Of a stretch of 56,046 bases of DNA, positions 1 to 9,120 are shown in pieces. The stretch's first letter is position 1. Every line of letters begins with the position of its first letter. The notes under the pieces are model-generated. The model did not search any database. It was not told where the DNA came from and worked only from the letters and a program-made list of their open reading frames with translations. This DNA comes from a virus (taxonomy: Duplodnaviria; Caudoviricetes): the IMG/VR virus record IMGVR_UViG_3300027804_000077, positions 1 through 56,046 of that record. The stretch is one strand, 5' to 3'. Position numbers and translations under genes: made by a program.

Positions 1-1719
1 GTAGCCGTTAAAGTTGGTGATGAAGACACTGAATGGTTTAGTGGTACGTATGAACAAACAAAACAATTCCTACAACGGTTCAACTGGCGTGAGTCTCTTG
101 CGGTTGCTCACAATGCTATGTTTGATGCCGCTATTCTTACTTGGTATTTTGGCATTAAGCCTCGTGGATGGATTGATACACTCAGTATGGCGAGGGCGGT
201 ACACGGCACAGAAGTGGGTGGTAGCTTGGCGACGTTGGCGAAGCACTACCAACTGGGGGTCAAAGGCACGGAAGTAATCAACGCGCTAGGTAAGCGCAGA
301 CTAGATTTCTCAGAAGAGGAACTTGCAAGATACGGCGAGTATTGCGTCAACGATGTTAACCTGACCTATGACTTGTTGCAGTGTCTGTTAAAAGGTTTTC
401 CCCAAATAGAACTGCGGTTGATCGATCTGACGATCAAGATGTATTCGGAACCTGTGCTTGTGCTTGACAAGGTTGCACTAACTGAACACCTAGCGGCGGT
501 GCAGAAAAAGAAAGAGGATCTGTTAGCCAAGGTCACGGTGGATAAAGCAACACTGATGAGCAACCCTCAGTTCGCAGATGTGCTAACAAGCCTTGGGGTA
601 ACACCCCCTACAAAAATTAGTCCCACCACGGGGCGTGAGACCTTAGCACTAGCTAAGAATGACGAAGAATTTAAGGCGCTGGCAGAACACCCTAACCCTG
701 AAGTGCAGGCACTTGTTGCTGCGCGGCTAGGTACTAAGTCAACGCTTGAAGAAACGAGGACTGAACGGTTCATAAACATCGCAGAGCGCGGGAAGATGCC
801 TGTGCCGTTGAAGTATTACGCCGCACATACAGGTAGGTGGGGTGGCACAGACAACCTTAACCTACAGAACCTACCACGACAGTCCCCTCTTAAACATGCC
901 ATCCGTGCACCGCAAGGCTACGTGATGATTGACTCGGACTCCTCGCAGATCGAAGCGCGGACACTAGCTTGGCTAGCAGGGCAGTGGGACTTGGTGCAAG
1001 CCTTCGAGCGTGGGGAAGATGTGTACCGCATCATGGCTAGTGCTATCTACAACAAGCCAGTGGAAGATATAACCAAGGACGAGCGGTTCGTGGGTAAGAC
1101 CACAATCCTTGGCAGCGGGTACGGCATGGGGGCCAAGAAGTTTCAAGCTCAGCTTAAAACTTTCGGTGTAACTATCGCAGAGGAAGAAGCGCAGCGCATC
1201 ATCTCGGTGTACAGGGAGACTTACCCCCGCATCCCCCTGCTGTGGAAGGACTGTCAGAAAGCACTTGTGGCTATCTTGATAGGGCAGAGAGCAGGACTGC
1301 CGGAAGACAAGCCCAAGATATATGCAGAGGGTGAGAACGGTATCAGGCTACCTAATGGGTTATACCTCAAGTATCCCAACCTGCGGATTCACGTCACACC
1401 AGAGGGTAAAGAAGAGTTTGTGTACGATACCAAAAAAGGTAAAGCGGTTATTCCTAACCGCATATACGGTGGGAAGGTAACGGAGAATGTCTGCCAAGCT
1501 TTGGCTAGAATCATCATTGGCGAGCAGATGTTGCTGATCGCTAGGCGGTATCGTGTGGTTATGACCGTGCATGATGCCATTGCTTGTGTAGCACCAAAGG
1601 AAGAGGCAGAGGTCGCTAAAGGTTTCGTTGAACAGTGCATGAAGATGCGGCCCGATTGGTGTGAAGAGCTACCGTTAAACTGTGAAGCAGGCTATGGGGA
1701 AACTTATGGAAGTTGTTGA
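1..1719 (+). CDS. polA: Family A DNA polymerase with 3'-5' exonuclease domain, 5'-truncated
   Basis: Frame is open from base 1 (VAVKVGDEDTEWF...AHNAMFD, ExoII-like). Contains HTGRWG, NLQNLP, motif A DSSQIEAR, motif B RFVGKTTILGSGYG and motif C VHDA. Confidence 0.95.
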   Translation, partial: VAVKVGDEDTEWFSGTYEQTKQFLQRFNWRESLAVAHNAMFDAAILTWYFGIKPRGWIDTLSMARAVHGTEVGGSLATLAKHYQLGVKGTEVINALGKRRLDFSEEELARYGEYCVNDVNLTYDLLQCLLKGFPQIELRLIDLTIKMYSEPVLVLDKVALTEHLAAVQKKKEDLLAKVTVDKATLMSNPQFADVLTSLGVTPPTKISPTTGRETLALAKNDEEFKALAEHPNPEVQALVAARLGTKSTLEETRTERFINIAERGKMPVPLKYYAAHTGRWGGTDNLNLQNLPRQSPLKHAIRAPQGYVMIDSDSSQIEARTLAWLAGQWDLVQAFERGEDVYRIMASAIYNKPVEDITKDERFVGKTTILGSGYGMGAKKFQAQLKTFGVTIAEEEAQRIISVYRETYPRIPLLWKDCQKALVAILIGQRAGLPEDKPKIYAEGENGIRLPNGLYLKYPNLRIHVTPEGKEEFVYDTKKGKAVIPNRIYGGKVTENVCQALARIIIGEQMLLIARRYRVVMTVHDAIACVAPKEEAEVAKGFVEQCMKMRPDWCEELPLNCEAGYGETYGSC

Positions 1720-1942
1720 TTTTGTTGACTATTCTGAGAACGCTATCAAGGTCGAAAAGCTACTTGCGGAATTGAAAAATCTGTTGCTTAATAGGAGGTT
1801 TCAGGAAGCCGTAGAGCTTTGTCCCCTGCTATCCACAGAGGTACGGCTGCTCAATAACAGTATCAAAATAGCCCACGAGAACGATGAGCAATATCAGTTG
1901 GTCGTACAGCAGTCTCAAAACATTCCAGCAATGCCCACGTAA
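1706..1942 (+). CDS. Hypothetical protein (~78 aa)
   Basis: ORF MEVVDFVDYSENAIKVEKLL bridges the polymerase and exonuclease genes and overlaps both. Confidence 0.6.
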   Translation: MEVVDFVDYSENAIKVEKLLAELKNLLLNRRFQEAVELCPLLSTEVRLLNNSIKIAHENDEQYQLVVQQSQNIPAMPT

Positions 1943-2579
1943 GTATTACCATCTTAAGATTAAGAAGGATGTACGGGACTCAGGCAGTGAAGCAACCTTG
2001 TACGGCAAGGAGCTACACAAAGCAGCGGAGGACTACATCAAAGATGATGTGCCCATACCTGAACGATTTGCTTTTATCGAAGGCATGCTTGATTCGCTAA
2101 AAAGGATCGAGGGTACAAAGCACTGCGAATACGAGATGGGGTTGATGAAGGAGGGAGACTTGCTCTCCCCCTGCGGATTTAATACAAAAGGATTCTGGTG
2201 GAGGGGGATAGCAGACTTACTGATCATCAACGAGGACAAAGGCGTAGCGCACCTTGTTGACTACAAGACCGGAAAGAATGCAAAGTTTGCAGACACGCAG
2301 CAGTTAGATGTGCTAGCAGCGGCGACCTTTATCCACTTCCCCAAGATCCACACCGTTAAGTCGGCGTTACTGTTTGTAGTTAGCAAAGAGTTTATCCAGA
2401 AAAAGCACACGGTAGAGATGAAGCTTGAGTATCTGGAGCCACAGATTCAGCAGTTGTCTAGGTTAGAAGCAGCACTTGAGAACGATACGTGGAACCCGAT
2501 AACAAGTGGGTTATGCAGATTCTGTCCAGTGGTTAGTTGTGAGCACAATCCGAAAGGAACTGATCATGCCTTATGTTAA
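1884..2579 (+). CDS. Cas4-like PD-(D/E)XK exonuclease
   Basis: SYSSL...CP start, G.ELH, GIADLL, VDYKTG, QL and C-terminal CRFCPVVSC give the 1+3 Cys pattern of an Fe-S cluster. Confidence 0.88.
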   Translation: MSNISWSYSSLKTFQQCPRKYYHLKIKKDVRDSGSEATLYGKELHKAAEDYIKDDVPIPERFAFIEGMLDSLKRIEGTKHCEYEMGLMKEGDLLSPCGFNTKGFWWRGIADLLIINEDKGVAHLVDYKTGKNAKFADTQQLDVLAAATFIHFPKIHTVKSALLFVVSKEFIQKKHTVEMKLEYLEPQIQQLSRLEAALENDTWNPITSGLCRFCPVVSCEHNPKGTDHALC

Positions 2580-2859
2580 CAAACCTAGACCGTACAAAAA
2601 AGAATATCAACAACAACTAGCACGAGGAGAGAAAGACGAGCGCAGGGTGCGCGAGAGAGCAAGGGATCTGATTGATCGCAAAGGTAAAGACGCTAACGGC
2701 AACGGTAAAGCCGATGTGCGCGAGGGTAAAGACATAGACCATAAACGCCCGATCACGAGGGGCGGTGGCAACAGCAAGAAAAACCTACGCATCACATCCG
2801 CAAGTGCCAACCGATCATTCAGTCGCAACAGCAACCACACAATAAAGCGTAACGACTAG
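2566..2859 (+). CDS. Small HNH endonuclease-like protein
   Basis: DIDHKRPITRGGGNSKKNLRITSASANRS motif; AAGGA ribosome binding site (RBS) upstream of ATG 2566. Confidence 0.8.
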   Translation: MPYVNKPRPYKKEYQQQLARGEKDERRVRERARDLIDRKGKDANGNGKADVREGKDIDHKRPITRGGGNSKKNLRITSASANRSFSRNSNHTIKRND

Positions 2860-2860
2860 C

Positions 2861-4417
2861 ATGGAAGTGATCGATAACAGGGCGCTACTGGTCAGGACTA
2901 AATATCCTGACCGAATAACAGCAGCCATAGAAAAGAGCAAGGTGGTAGGGCAGGAAGATGGGGTGTACGAGGTTGCGGTTAAGTGGGGGCTAAACGAAGC
3001 TCAGCTTCTTAATCAATTCATAAAAGGTGTTCCATCTCCTATATCAAAGAAATACGATTGGCCTGGGCAGTTCACGCCATTCAATCACCAAAAGACTACA
3101 GCAGAGTTCTTAACATTAAACCGCAGGGCGTTCTGCTTCAACGAGCAAGGCACGGGTAAGACAGCATCCGTTATATGGTCTGCTGATTACTTAATGAAGC
3201 TAGGGCTTGTGCGTCGCGTGTTGGTGGTCTGCCCTCTGTCTATCATGAAGTCAGCATGGCAAGAGGATCTCTTTAAGTTTGCTGTACACCGCACATGCAA
3301 CGTAGCCTACGGATCGGCAGCGCAACGGGTCAAGATAGTAGGTAGCTGTGCTGAGTTTGTCATAACAAACTTTGAAGGTGTTGAGATCATCGAAGACGCA
3401 GTCACTGCCGACGGTAAGTTTGATTTGATTGTTGTCGATGAAGCCAACGCTTATAAGAATGTATCGACCAGACGTTGGAAAGTTATGAAGCGTGTGTCGG
3501 ATCGTGCCAAGTGGTTATGGATGTTGACAGGCACACCAGCCGCGCAATCGCCTGTTGATGCTTACGGATTAGCAAAGCTAGTCAACCCAGACAACACGCC
3601 TAAGTTCCTTGGTTCGTTCCGTGACAAGGTGATGCAGAAGGTCAGTCAGTTCAGGTGGATACCCAGACCGAATGCAGAGAATGTCGTGCATCAAGTGCTG
3701 CAACCTGCAATCAGGTTTGAGAAAAAAGATTGTATCGATCTGCCTGATCTTATGTACGTAGAACGAGATGCACCCCTGACTCCGCAGCAGCGCAAGTATT
3801 ACAAGATCCTCAAAGACCAGATGATGATCTCAGCCGGTGGCGAAGAAGTTACTTCTCCGAATGCAGCCACAAGCTTGAACAAGTTGCTACAGATTTCTGG
3901 TGGCGCGGTCTATACGGACACTAGGGAAGTTATAGAGTTTGATGTAGCTAATCGCTTGCAGGTCATCGAGGAAGTTATCGAAGAGGCTAGCCATAAAGTT
4001 TTAGTATTTGTACCGTTCACGCATACCATCGAGTTGCTCAACAATCATCTAACCAAGGCGGGCATAACGTCTGACGTTATCAACGGATCAGTAACAGTTA
4101 ATCGCAGGGCTGCAATCATCAAGAACTTCCAAGAGCAGCCTGACCCTAAAGTGCTTATCATTCAACCACAAGCGGCATCGCATGGGCTAACGCTGACTGC
4201 TGCTAACGTGGTGATATGGTATGCGCCTGTGACTTCTGTAGAAACTTATCTGCAAGCAAACGCTCGCATCAATAGGCCCGGACAGAAGAACACAATGACG
4301 GTGGTGCACATATCAGGCAGTCCAGTGGAGCGCAAGCTTTACGAAATGCTCAAAAATAATATCGATGTGCATTCCCGTATCGTTGACTTGTACGGTCAAG
4401 AGCTTAAAGAAACTTGA
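2861..4417 (+). CDS. SNF2-family (SF2) helicase
   Basis: Walker A EQGTGKT, VVCP, VDEA, LTGTP, HGLTL and QANARINRPGQ motifs. Confidence 0.93.
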   Translation: MEVIDNRALLVRTKYPDRITAAIEKSKVVGQEDGVYEVAVKWGLNEAQLLNQFIKGVPSPISKKYDWPGQFTPFNHQKTTAEFLTLNRRAFCFNEQGTGKTASVIWSADYLMKLGLVRRVLVVCPLSIMKSAWQEDLFKFAVHRTCNVAYGSAAQRVKIVGSCAEFVITNFEGVEIIEDAVTADGKFDLIVVDEANAYKNVSTRRWKVMKRVSDRAKWLWMLTGTPAAQSPVDAYGLAKLVNPDNTPKFLGSFRDKVMQKVSQFRWIPRPNAENVVHQVLQPAIRFEKKDCIDLPDLMYVERDAPLTPQQRKYYKILKDQMMISAGGEEVTSPNAATSLNKLLQISGGAVYTDTREVIEFDVANRLQVIEEVIEEASHKVLVFVPFTHTIELLNNHLTKAGITSDVINGSVTVNRRAAIIKNFQEQPDPKVLIIQPQAASHGLTLTAANVVIWYAPVTSVETYLQANARINRPGQKNTMTVVHISGSPVERKLYEMLKNNIDVHSRIVDLYGQELKET

Positions 4418-4442
4418 CAAAGTCAACTTTATGATTTACAGT
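4414..4442 (+). promoter_or_regulatory. Sigma70-type promoter with a palindrome over the -35 box
   Basis: TTGACA (4414-4419), 17 bp spacer, TACAGT (4437-4442); inverted repeat TTGAC-AAA-GTCAA at 4414-4426. Confidence 0.65.
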
Positions 4443-4473
4443 TAACCCACAAAATAACTTAAAGGAGCGTAGC

Positions 4474-4908
4474 ATGGATGAGGGCATCCAAGACCTTGTG
4501 TCCCCTGAAGAAAAGCAATCTGTCCCTGTGGACAAATTAGCAGGCATCTATATCAAGATTCGAGATGCGCGAGCGAAGCTGAAGTCTGACTACGAAGCGA
4601 AGGATGTTGAGCTTCAAGAACAGATGGACGTGATCGAAGAGCAACTTCTTGAAGCTTGCAAATCAATAGGTGCTGACAGTATCCGCACAGCAGCAGGTAC
4701 TGTGATTCGTAGTGTGAAGAACCGTTACTGGACTAACGATTGGGATTCTATGTACAGCTTTGTACGTGAACACGATGCGTTTGGTTTATTAGAACGGCGC
4801 ATTCATCAAACCAACATGAAGCAATTCATCGAGGAAAACCCCAACTTGTTACCGATGGGTCTGAACACCGATAGTCGGTACAGCATTGTTGTCCGTCGTA
4901 GTAAGTAA
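4474..4908 (+). CDS. Phage replication-region protein with N-terminal coiled coil
   Basis: 144 aa ORF with AAGGAG RBS, lying between the helicase and the SSB-like gene. Confidence 0.75.
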   Translation: MDEGIQDLVSPEEKQSVPVDKLAGIYIKIRDARAKLKSDYEAKDVELQEQMDVIEEQLLEACKSIGADSIRTAAGTVIRSVKNRYWTNDWDSMYSFVREHDAFGLLERRIHQTNMKQFIEENPNLLPMGLNTDSRYSIVVRRSK

Positions 4909-4921
4909 CCAAGAGGAACCT

Positions 4922-5803
4922 ATGTCTAACGTAACTGTATTCCAACAAGACCTTCCCGACTTCCTTAAGAATACCGAAGTCGATGAACTAACCAAGGCGC
5001 TAGCAGGTGGCACACAGAACCGTCGTATCTCTATCAGGGGCGGTCGTTTCCGTCTTGTGATTAACGGCGAAGAAGTATCAAAGACTGACAAGCCTGAGCT
5101 TGACGTAGTTGTTGCAGCAGGTCGCAAAGAGAACTCGCGCATCTTCTATGCTAAAGCTTATAACCCCAAGGATATTACTCCTCCTGATTGTTGGTCTGAT
5201 GATGGTGTAACACCGCACCCCAAGGCTGAGAATCGCCAAGCTGATACGTGCGCTAACTGCCCTCAGAATATCGCAGGGTCTGGGTCTAACGGCACTCGTG
5301 CTTGCCGCTATCAAAAGCGTCTTGCAGTTGTGCTTGCAAACGATCCGACTAATGGGTTGTTCCAATTGACGCTGCCTTCGCAATCGATCTTCGCCAAGGG
5401 TGATATGGATTCGATGGGCTTTGATCAGTACGCTAAGTACATCGCAGGTAATGGCAAGAACATCAACATGGTCGTAACTCGCATGTCGTTCGATGGTGAT
5501 AGTGATGTGCCCGTGCTTAAGTTCCGTGCAGTTGGTTACGTGAACCGTGAGCAGTACGATGCAGCTATCGAAGGTGGTAATTCGCCAGAGGCACAGCGCA
5601 TGCTTTCTTCTACCGTGGCGCAGACTGACAATGTTAAAGCGTTACCCAAAGCTGAAGCTAAGCCTGCCGCTAAACCTGCTGCTAAGCCAGTAGTTGAAGA
5701 GATCGAAGAGCCGGTGAAGCGTCCAAGCAAGAAGGCTGAAGCTGAACCTGAAAAGAAGCGAGACCTGACAGCGGTTCTCGATGCTTGGGGCGACGATAAC
5801 TAA
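4922..5803 (+). CDS. Putative ssDNA-binding/annealing protein
   Basis: GAGGA RBS; CWSDDG...CANCP...ACR Cys cluster; Pro/Ala/Lys linker and acidic-aromatic tail (DAWGDDN); replication-module context. Confidence 0.6.
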   Translation: MSNVTVFQQDLPDFLKNTEVDELTKALAGGTQNRRISIRGGRFRLVINGEEVSKTDKPELDVVVAAGRKENSRIFYAKAYNPKDITPPDCWSDDGVTPHPKAENRQADTCANCPQNIAGSGSNGTRACRYQKRLAVVLANDPTNGLFQLTLPSQSIFAKGDMDSMGFDQYAKYIAGNGKNINMVVTRMSFDGDSDVPVLKFRAVGYVNREQYDAAIEGGNSPEAQRMLSSTVAQTDNVKALPKAEAKPAAKPAAKPVVEEIEEPVKRPSKKAEAEPEKKRDLTAVLDAWGDDN

Positions 5804-5804
5804 A

Positions 5805-6032
5805 ATGGCTATCGGCTACAGTCAACAGCTTATCAGTGACAACAAAGCTGCGGACAAGCGGAAACTCGGAGTCTTATTGGGTAGGGTGTGCATCAAGCAC
5901 AACATTTCTGTAGCCGACGTTGCGGCGTACTTCAGTGTCAGTAGGCAGACAGTCTACAACTGGTTTAGAGGCACTGAGGTACGTCCAATCTACAGGGATC
6001 TGATGAGTCGTTTTATCAGCAGCTATCGGTAA
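5805..6032 (+). CDS. Cro/XRE-like helix-turn-helix protein
   Basis: SVADVAAYFSVSRQTVYNW HTH signature. Confidence 0.8.
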   Translation: MAIGYSQQLISDNKAADKRKLGVLLGRVCIKHNISVADVAAYFSVSRQTVYNWFRGTEVRPIYRDLMSRFISSYR

Positions 6033-6054
6033 TGCTTGCCGGAGGATTTGCAAA

Positions 6055-8859
6055 ATGTCGGCGCTTGAGTTGTTATCTGCGGTGCATGCACCGGAGGGGT
6101 GGCGCTGTGTAGTAGGTATAAAGAACAAACGAGTCATCAAGAAATTTGTTGAGTCTGCTGAAGAAGTTATACAGGCGGGGCAGCAGTTGGTGGACGATGG
6201 GTTCGATGCTTACTATGCCTGCGCTACGTTTAAGGAACCAACCACAAGATCAGGAGACAACACCAAAGAGTTCCGTGCACTCTGGTTAGATATAGATTGC
6301 GGAACAGACAAACCTTATGAAGATCAAACGCAAGGCATCGCGGCACTCAAAACTTTTTGTAAGGACAACGCATTACCAAGGCCGACACTTGTCAACAGTG
6401 GGCGCGGCATACACGCATACTGGACATTCAAAACCCCAGTAGCACCTGCTGTATGGCAACCCGCTGCGGACAGGTTGAAGGCACTATGTGAAGAAGGGTT
6501 CCTCAGTGCTGACCCTGCATGCACAGCAGATAAGGCGCGGATACTGCGTCTGCCAGATACAAAGAACCTCAAAGATCCAGACGACCCGCTTGATGTAACG
6601 CTGCTATATACAGGCGAGCCAGTTGACTTTGAGGAGCTAAGGCAGACTCTTGGTGTTCTAGTTTTTAAGGAAGAAGTACCAGACTTCCTACCACGTCAAG
6701 TCAATGAGCTAACGAAGTCACTTGCCAATAACCGCGAGTTCCACTTCAAGACTATTCTGATTAAGACAGATCGTGACTTTGGTTGTAATCAGATTAAGTA
6801 CATAACAACGCATCAGCAGGAGATGTCTGAGCCGATATGGAGGGCGGGGCTTTCAGTTGCACAGTATTGCGTAGACAGAGATGTGGCGATACACGCCATA
6901 TCAAAAAACTACGAGCAGTACGATCCAGACGAAACCGAGAAGAAGGCTAATCGGATTAAAGGCCCATACGGTTGCGCTACGTTTGAAAAGTTTAACCCCG
7001 GCGGTTGTGACGAGTGCATACACAAAGGCAAGATCAAGAGTCCTATTTTGCTTGGGCTTGAGATTGCTGAAGCTACAACTAACGAGATCATTGAAGAAGC
7101 AAAAGACGATGAGCCTGCGATTGTTCATTCCGTACCCGAATACCCATTCCCATATTTTCGGGGTAAAGCAGGGGGTGTTTATAAACGTCCGATCTCGGAG
7201 GAGGAAGACGCGCAGGTTGTGTACGAACACGATCTTTATGTCGTCCGAAGGATGGTGCATCCGATTGAAGGCGAGATGGTTGTGTTCAAACTTCATCTAC
7301 CACAGGATGGAGTAAAAGAATTTTCTGTACCGCTTACGTCAGTTGTCGTTAAAGAAAAGCTGCGCGAGGCGCTAGCAGAAAAAGGGGTAGCAGCAACAGC
7401 TAAGCAACAAGAACTACTGCTTGGCTACATCATGACATTCGTTAAAGAACTACAGGTAAGCAGAAAGGCTGACAAGATGAGAACACAATTCGGATGGTGC
7501 GACGGTGACAGTAAGTTCATCGTTGGTGATAGAGAGATAACGGCAACGGGCATCCACTACAGCCCCCCATCGGCATCCACCGATCAGTTTGCGCCAAACA
7601 TGGTTGCAATAGGTGAGTTTGATAAATGGAAAGAATGCTTCAACGTCTACGGTAAGGAGGGATTAGAACCCTATGCTTATGCTGCGTTAACAGCATTTGG
7701 TAGCCCCCTACTAAAGTTTACTGGGATTCGTGGTGCTGCTATTAACTTAATCAGTGGTGACTCAGGTCCAGGTAAATCAACGATCCTTCGTGTTATTAAT
7801 AGTGTGGTCGGCAAACCCACGGAACTTATGTCGATGTGGAAGGATACGCAGAATGCAGTAGCTCGCAAGCTTGCTATCTTTAATAACCTATGCCACACAT
7901 ATGATGAAGTTACCAAGGTTCCTGCTGAAGACATCGGATCGCACTTGTACCAAGTAACCCAGGGTCGTGACAAAGAGCGAGCGCAGGCAAGCGTCAACCA
8001 ACTCAGATCAAACACCGAGCGGTGGGAGCTTATAGAAATTATGACTTCCAACGCTAGTCTTTACGACAAGCTACAGATAGCACGGGACTCGGTAGACGGA
8101 GAGATGATGCGGGTCTTTGAGTATGTGATTTATAGCAGCGGGTTGGATGAACAGTATGCCAAACAGATGTTTGATGTGCAGTTGGAGAGCAACTACGGTC
8201 ACGCCGCCGACATCTACTTCTCCTACCTTGTCAGCAACAAAGATTACGTTATCAACATGGTGCGCTCAGTTCAAGCCAAGATTGATAAGGAAGTCAGACT
8301 GACTTCTCGTGAGCGGTTCTGGTCGGCACTCATTGCTTGCAACATAGCAGGGGGACTTATCGCCAAAGAGCTTGGGCTTCATGACTTCAACATGCGGAAC
8401 ATTTATGTATGGGTTACTGAGCAGATCCATGTTCTGCGTCAGCATGTGCGTCCCCCGCTCGATAATGTAGCAAGCGTCATCGGTGACTATATCGGTAGGC
8501 ACATGCAGAACATCCTTGTCGTCAATGCAGAGGTTGACTCGCGAACACAGATGTCCGCTGCACCAATCTTAGAACCCAAAGGTCCGCTGTATATACGATA
8601 CGAACCAGACAGCAAGCGGATGTATATCAATGCTAAACACTTCAGAGCAGACTGCGCCAAGGCTCAAATAACTTACAGGGAACTTACTCGCAAGTTGGAG
8701 AAAGACAAGGTACTGATTAATTCTGAAGTTAAGCGCATCACCAAGGGCATGAAGATCACAGCGCCACCTGTCTACTGCTTGGTGTTTGATTGCACGAACG
8801 GCAACTTCCTCGACGTTGAGGAAATGATAGTACCTGCCGATGCTAGTACACCAAGTTAA
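6055..8859 (+). CDS. Primase-helicase (AEP-type primase, DUF927-like region, P-loop helicase)
   Basis: LWLDID, SGRGIHAYW and ARILRLP primase motifs; Cys cluster; QFGW; Walker A GDSGPGKS and Walker B TYDE. Confidence 0.85.
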   Translation: MSALELLSAVHAPEGWRCVVGIKNKRVIKKFVESAEEVIQAGQQLVDDGFDAYYACATFKEPTTRSGDNTKEFRALWLDIDCGTDKPYEDQTQGIAALKTFCKDNALPRPTLVNSGRGIHAYWTFKTPVAPAVWQPAADRLKALCEEGFLSADPACTADKARILRLPDTKNLKDPDDPLDVTLLYTGEPVDFEELRQTLGVLVFKEEVPDFLPRQVNELTKSLANNREFHFKTILIKTDRDFGCNQIKYITTHQQEMSEPIWRAGLSVAQYCVDRDVAIHAISKNYEQYDPDETEKKANRIKGPYGCATFEKFNPGGCDECIHKGKIKSPILLGLEIAEATTNEIIEEAKDDEPAIVHSVPEYPFPYFRGKAGGVYKRPISEEEDAQVVYEHDLYVVRRMVHPIEGEMVVFKLHLPQDGVKEFSVPLTSVVVKEKLREALAEKGVAATAKQQELLLGYIMTFVKELQVSRKADKMRTQFGWCDGDSKFIVGDREITATGIHYSPPSASTDQFAPNMVAIGEFDKWKECFNVYGKEGLEPYAYAALTAFGSPLLKFTGIRGAAINLISGDSGPGKSTILRVINSVVGKPTELMSMWKDTQNAVARKLAIFNNLCHTYDEVTKVPAEDIGSHLYQVTQGRDKERAQASVNQLRSNTERWELIEIMTSNASLYDKLQIARDSVDGEMMRVFEYVIYSSGLDEQYAKQMFDVQLESNYGHAADIYFSYLVSNKDYVINMVRSVQAKIDKEVRLTSRERFWSALIACNIAGGLIAKELGLHDFNMRNIYVWVTEQIHVLRQHVRPPLDNVASVIGDYIGRHMQNILVVNAEVDSRTQMSAAPILEPKGPLYIRYEPDSKRMYINAKHFRADCAKAQITYRELTRKLEKDKVLINSEVKRITKGMKITAPPVYCLVFDCTNGNFLDVEEMIVPADASTPS

Positions 8860-9034
8860 CTTCAACATTAACTGGCGCAACTTTGTGAAGGGTAGTTCGT
8901 TTTTTATACCCTGCTTAGATTGCGCTGCGGCCAAAGTTACGATCCGCGAGGAGATGCGGCGGATGCGTTTTAAAGTTGTTATGAAGACAGTAATTGAGGA
9001 AGGCATCCAAGGGGTTCGCGTTTGGAGAGTTTAA
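8840..9034 (+). CDS. Hypothetical protein (64 aa)
   Basis: Overlaps the primase stop; GSSFFIPC and GVRVWRV; last gene of the + operon. Confidence 0.65.
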   Translation: MLVHQVNFNINWRNFVKGSSFFIPCLDCAAAKVTIREEMRRMRFKVVMKTVIEEGIQGVRVWRV

Positions 9035-9049
9035 CTGTATACTCCACCG

Positions 9050-9120
9050 CTGTAGTCCATGCTGTCTCCTCAGACTCACGACGAGTCTTTTCATCCCCGC
9101 CCTCCTGCGGGGATTTTTTT
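9050..9120 (+). ncRNA. Candidate small RNA with anti-SD/anti-start-codon seed
   Basis: TATACT at 9038-9043; seed TCCATGCTGTCTCCTC at 9056-9071; hairpin AGACTC-ACGAC-GAGTCT at 9072-9088; terminator whose loop is CCTCCT. Confidence 0.4.
9093..9120 (+). terminator. Intrinsic terminator between the convergent replication and late operons
   Basis: ATCCCCGC-CCTCCT-GCGGGGAT followed by a T run. Confidence 0.85.

Noticed and set aside
1884-2579. Cas4-like nuclease as evidence of a CRISPR system
   Set aside because: There is no repeat-spacer array and no other cas gene. Stand-alone Cas4-like exonucleases are common in phage replication modules.
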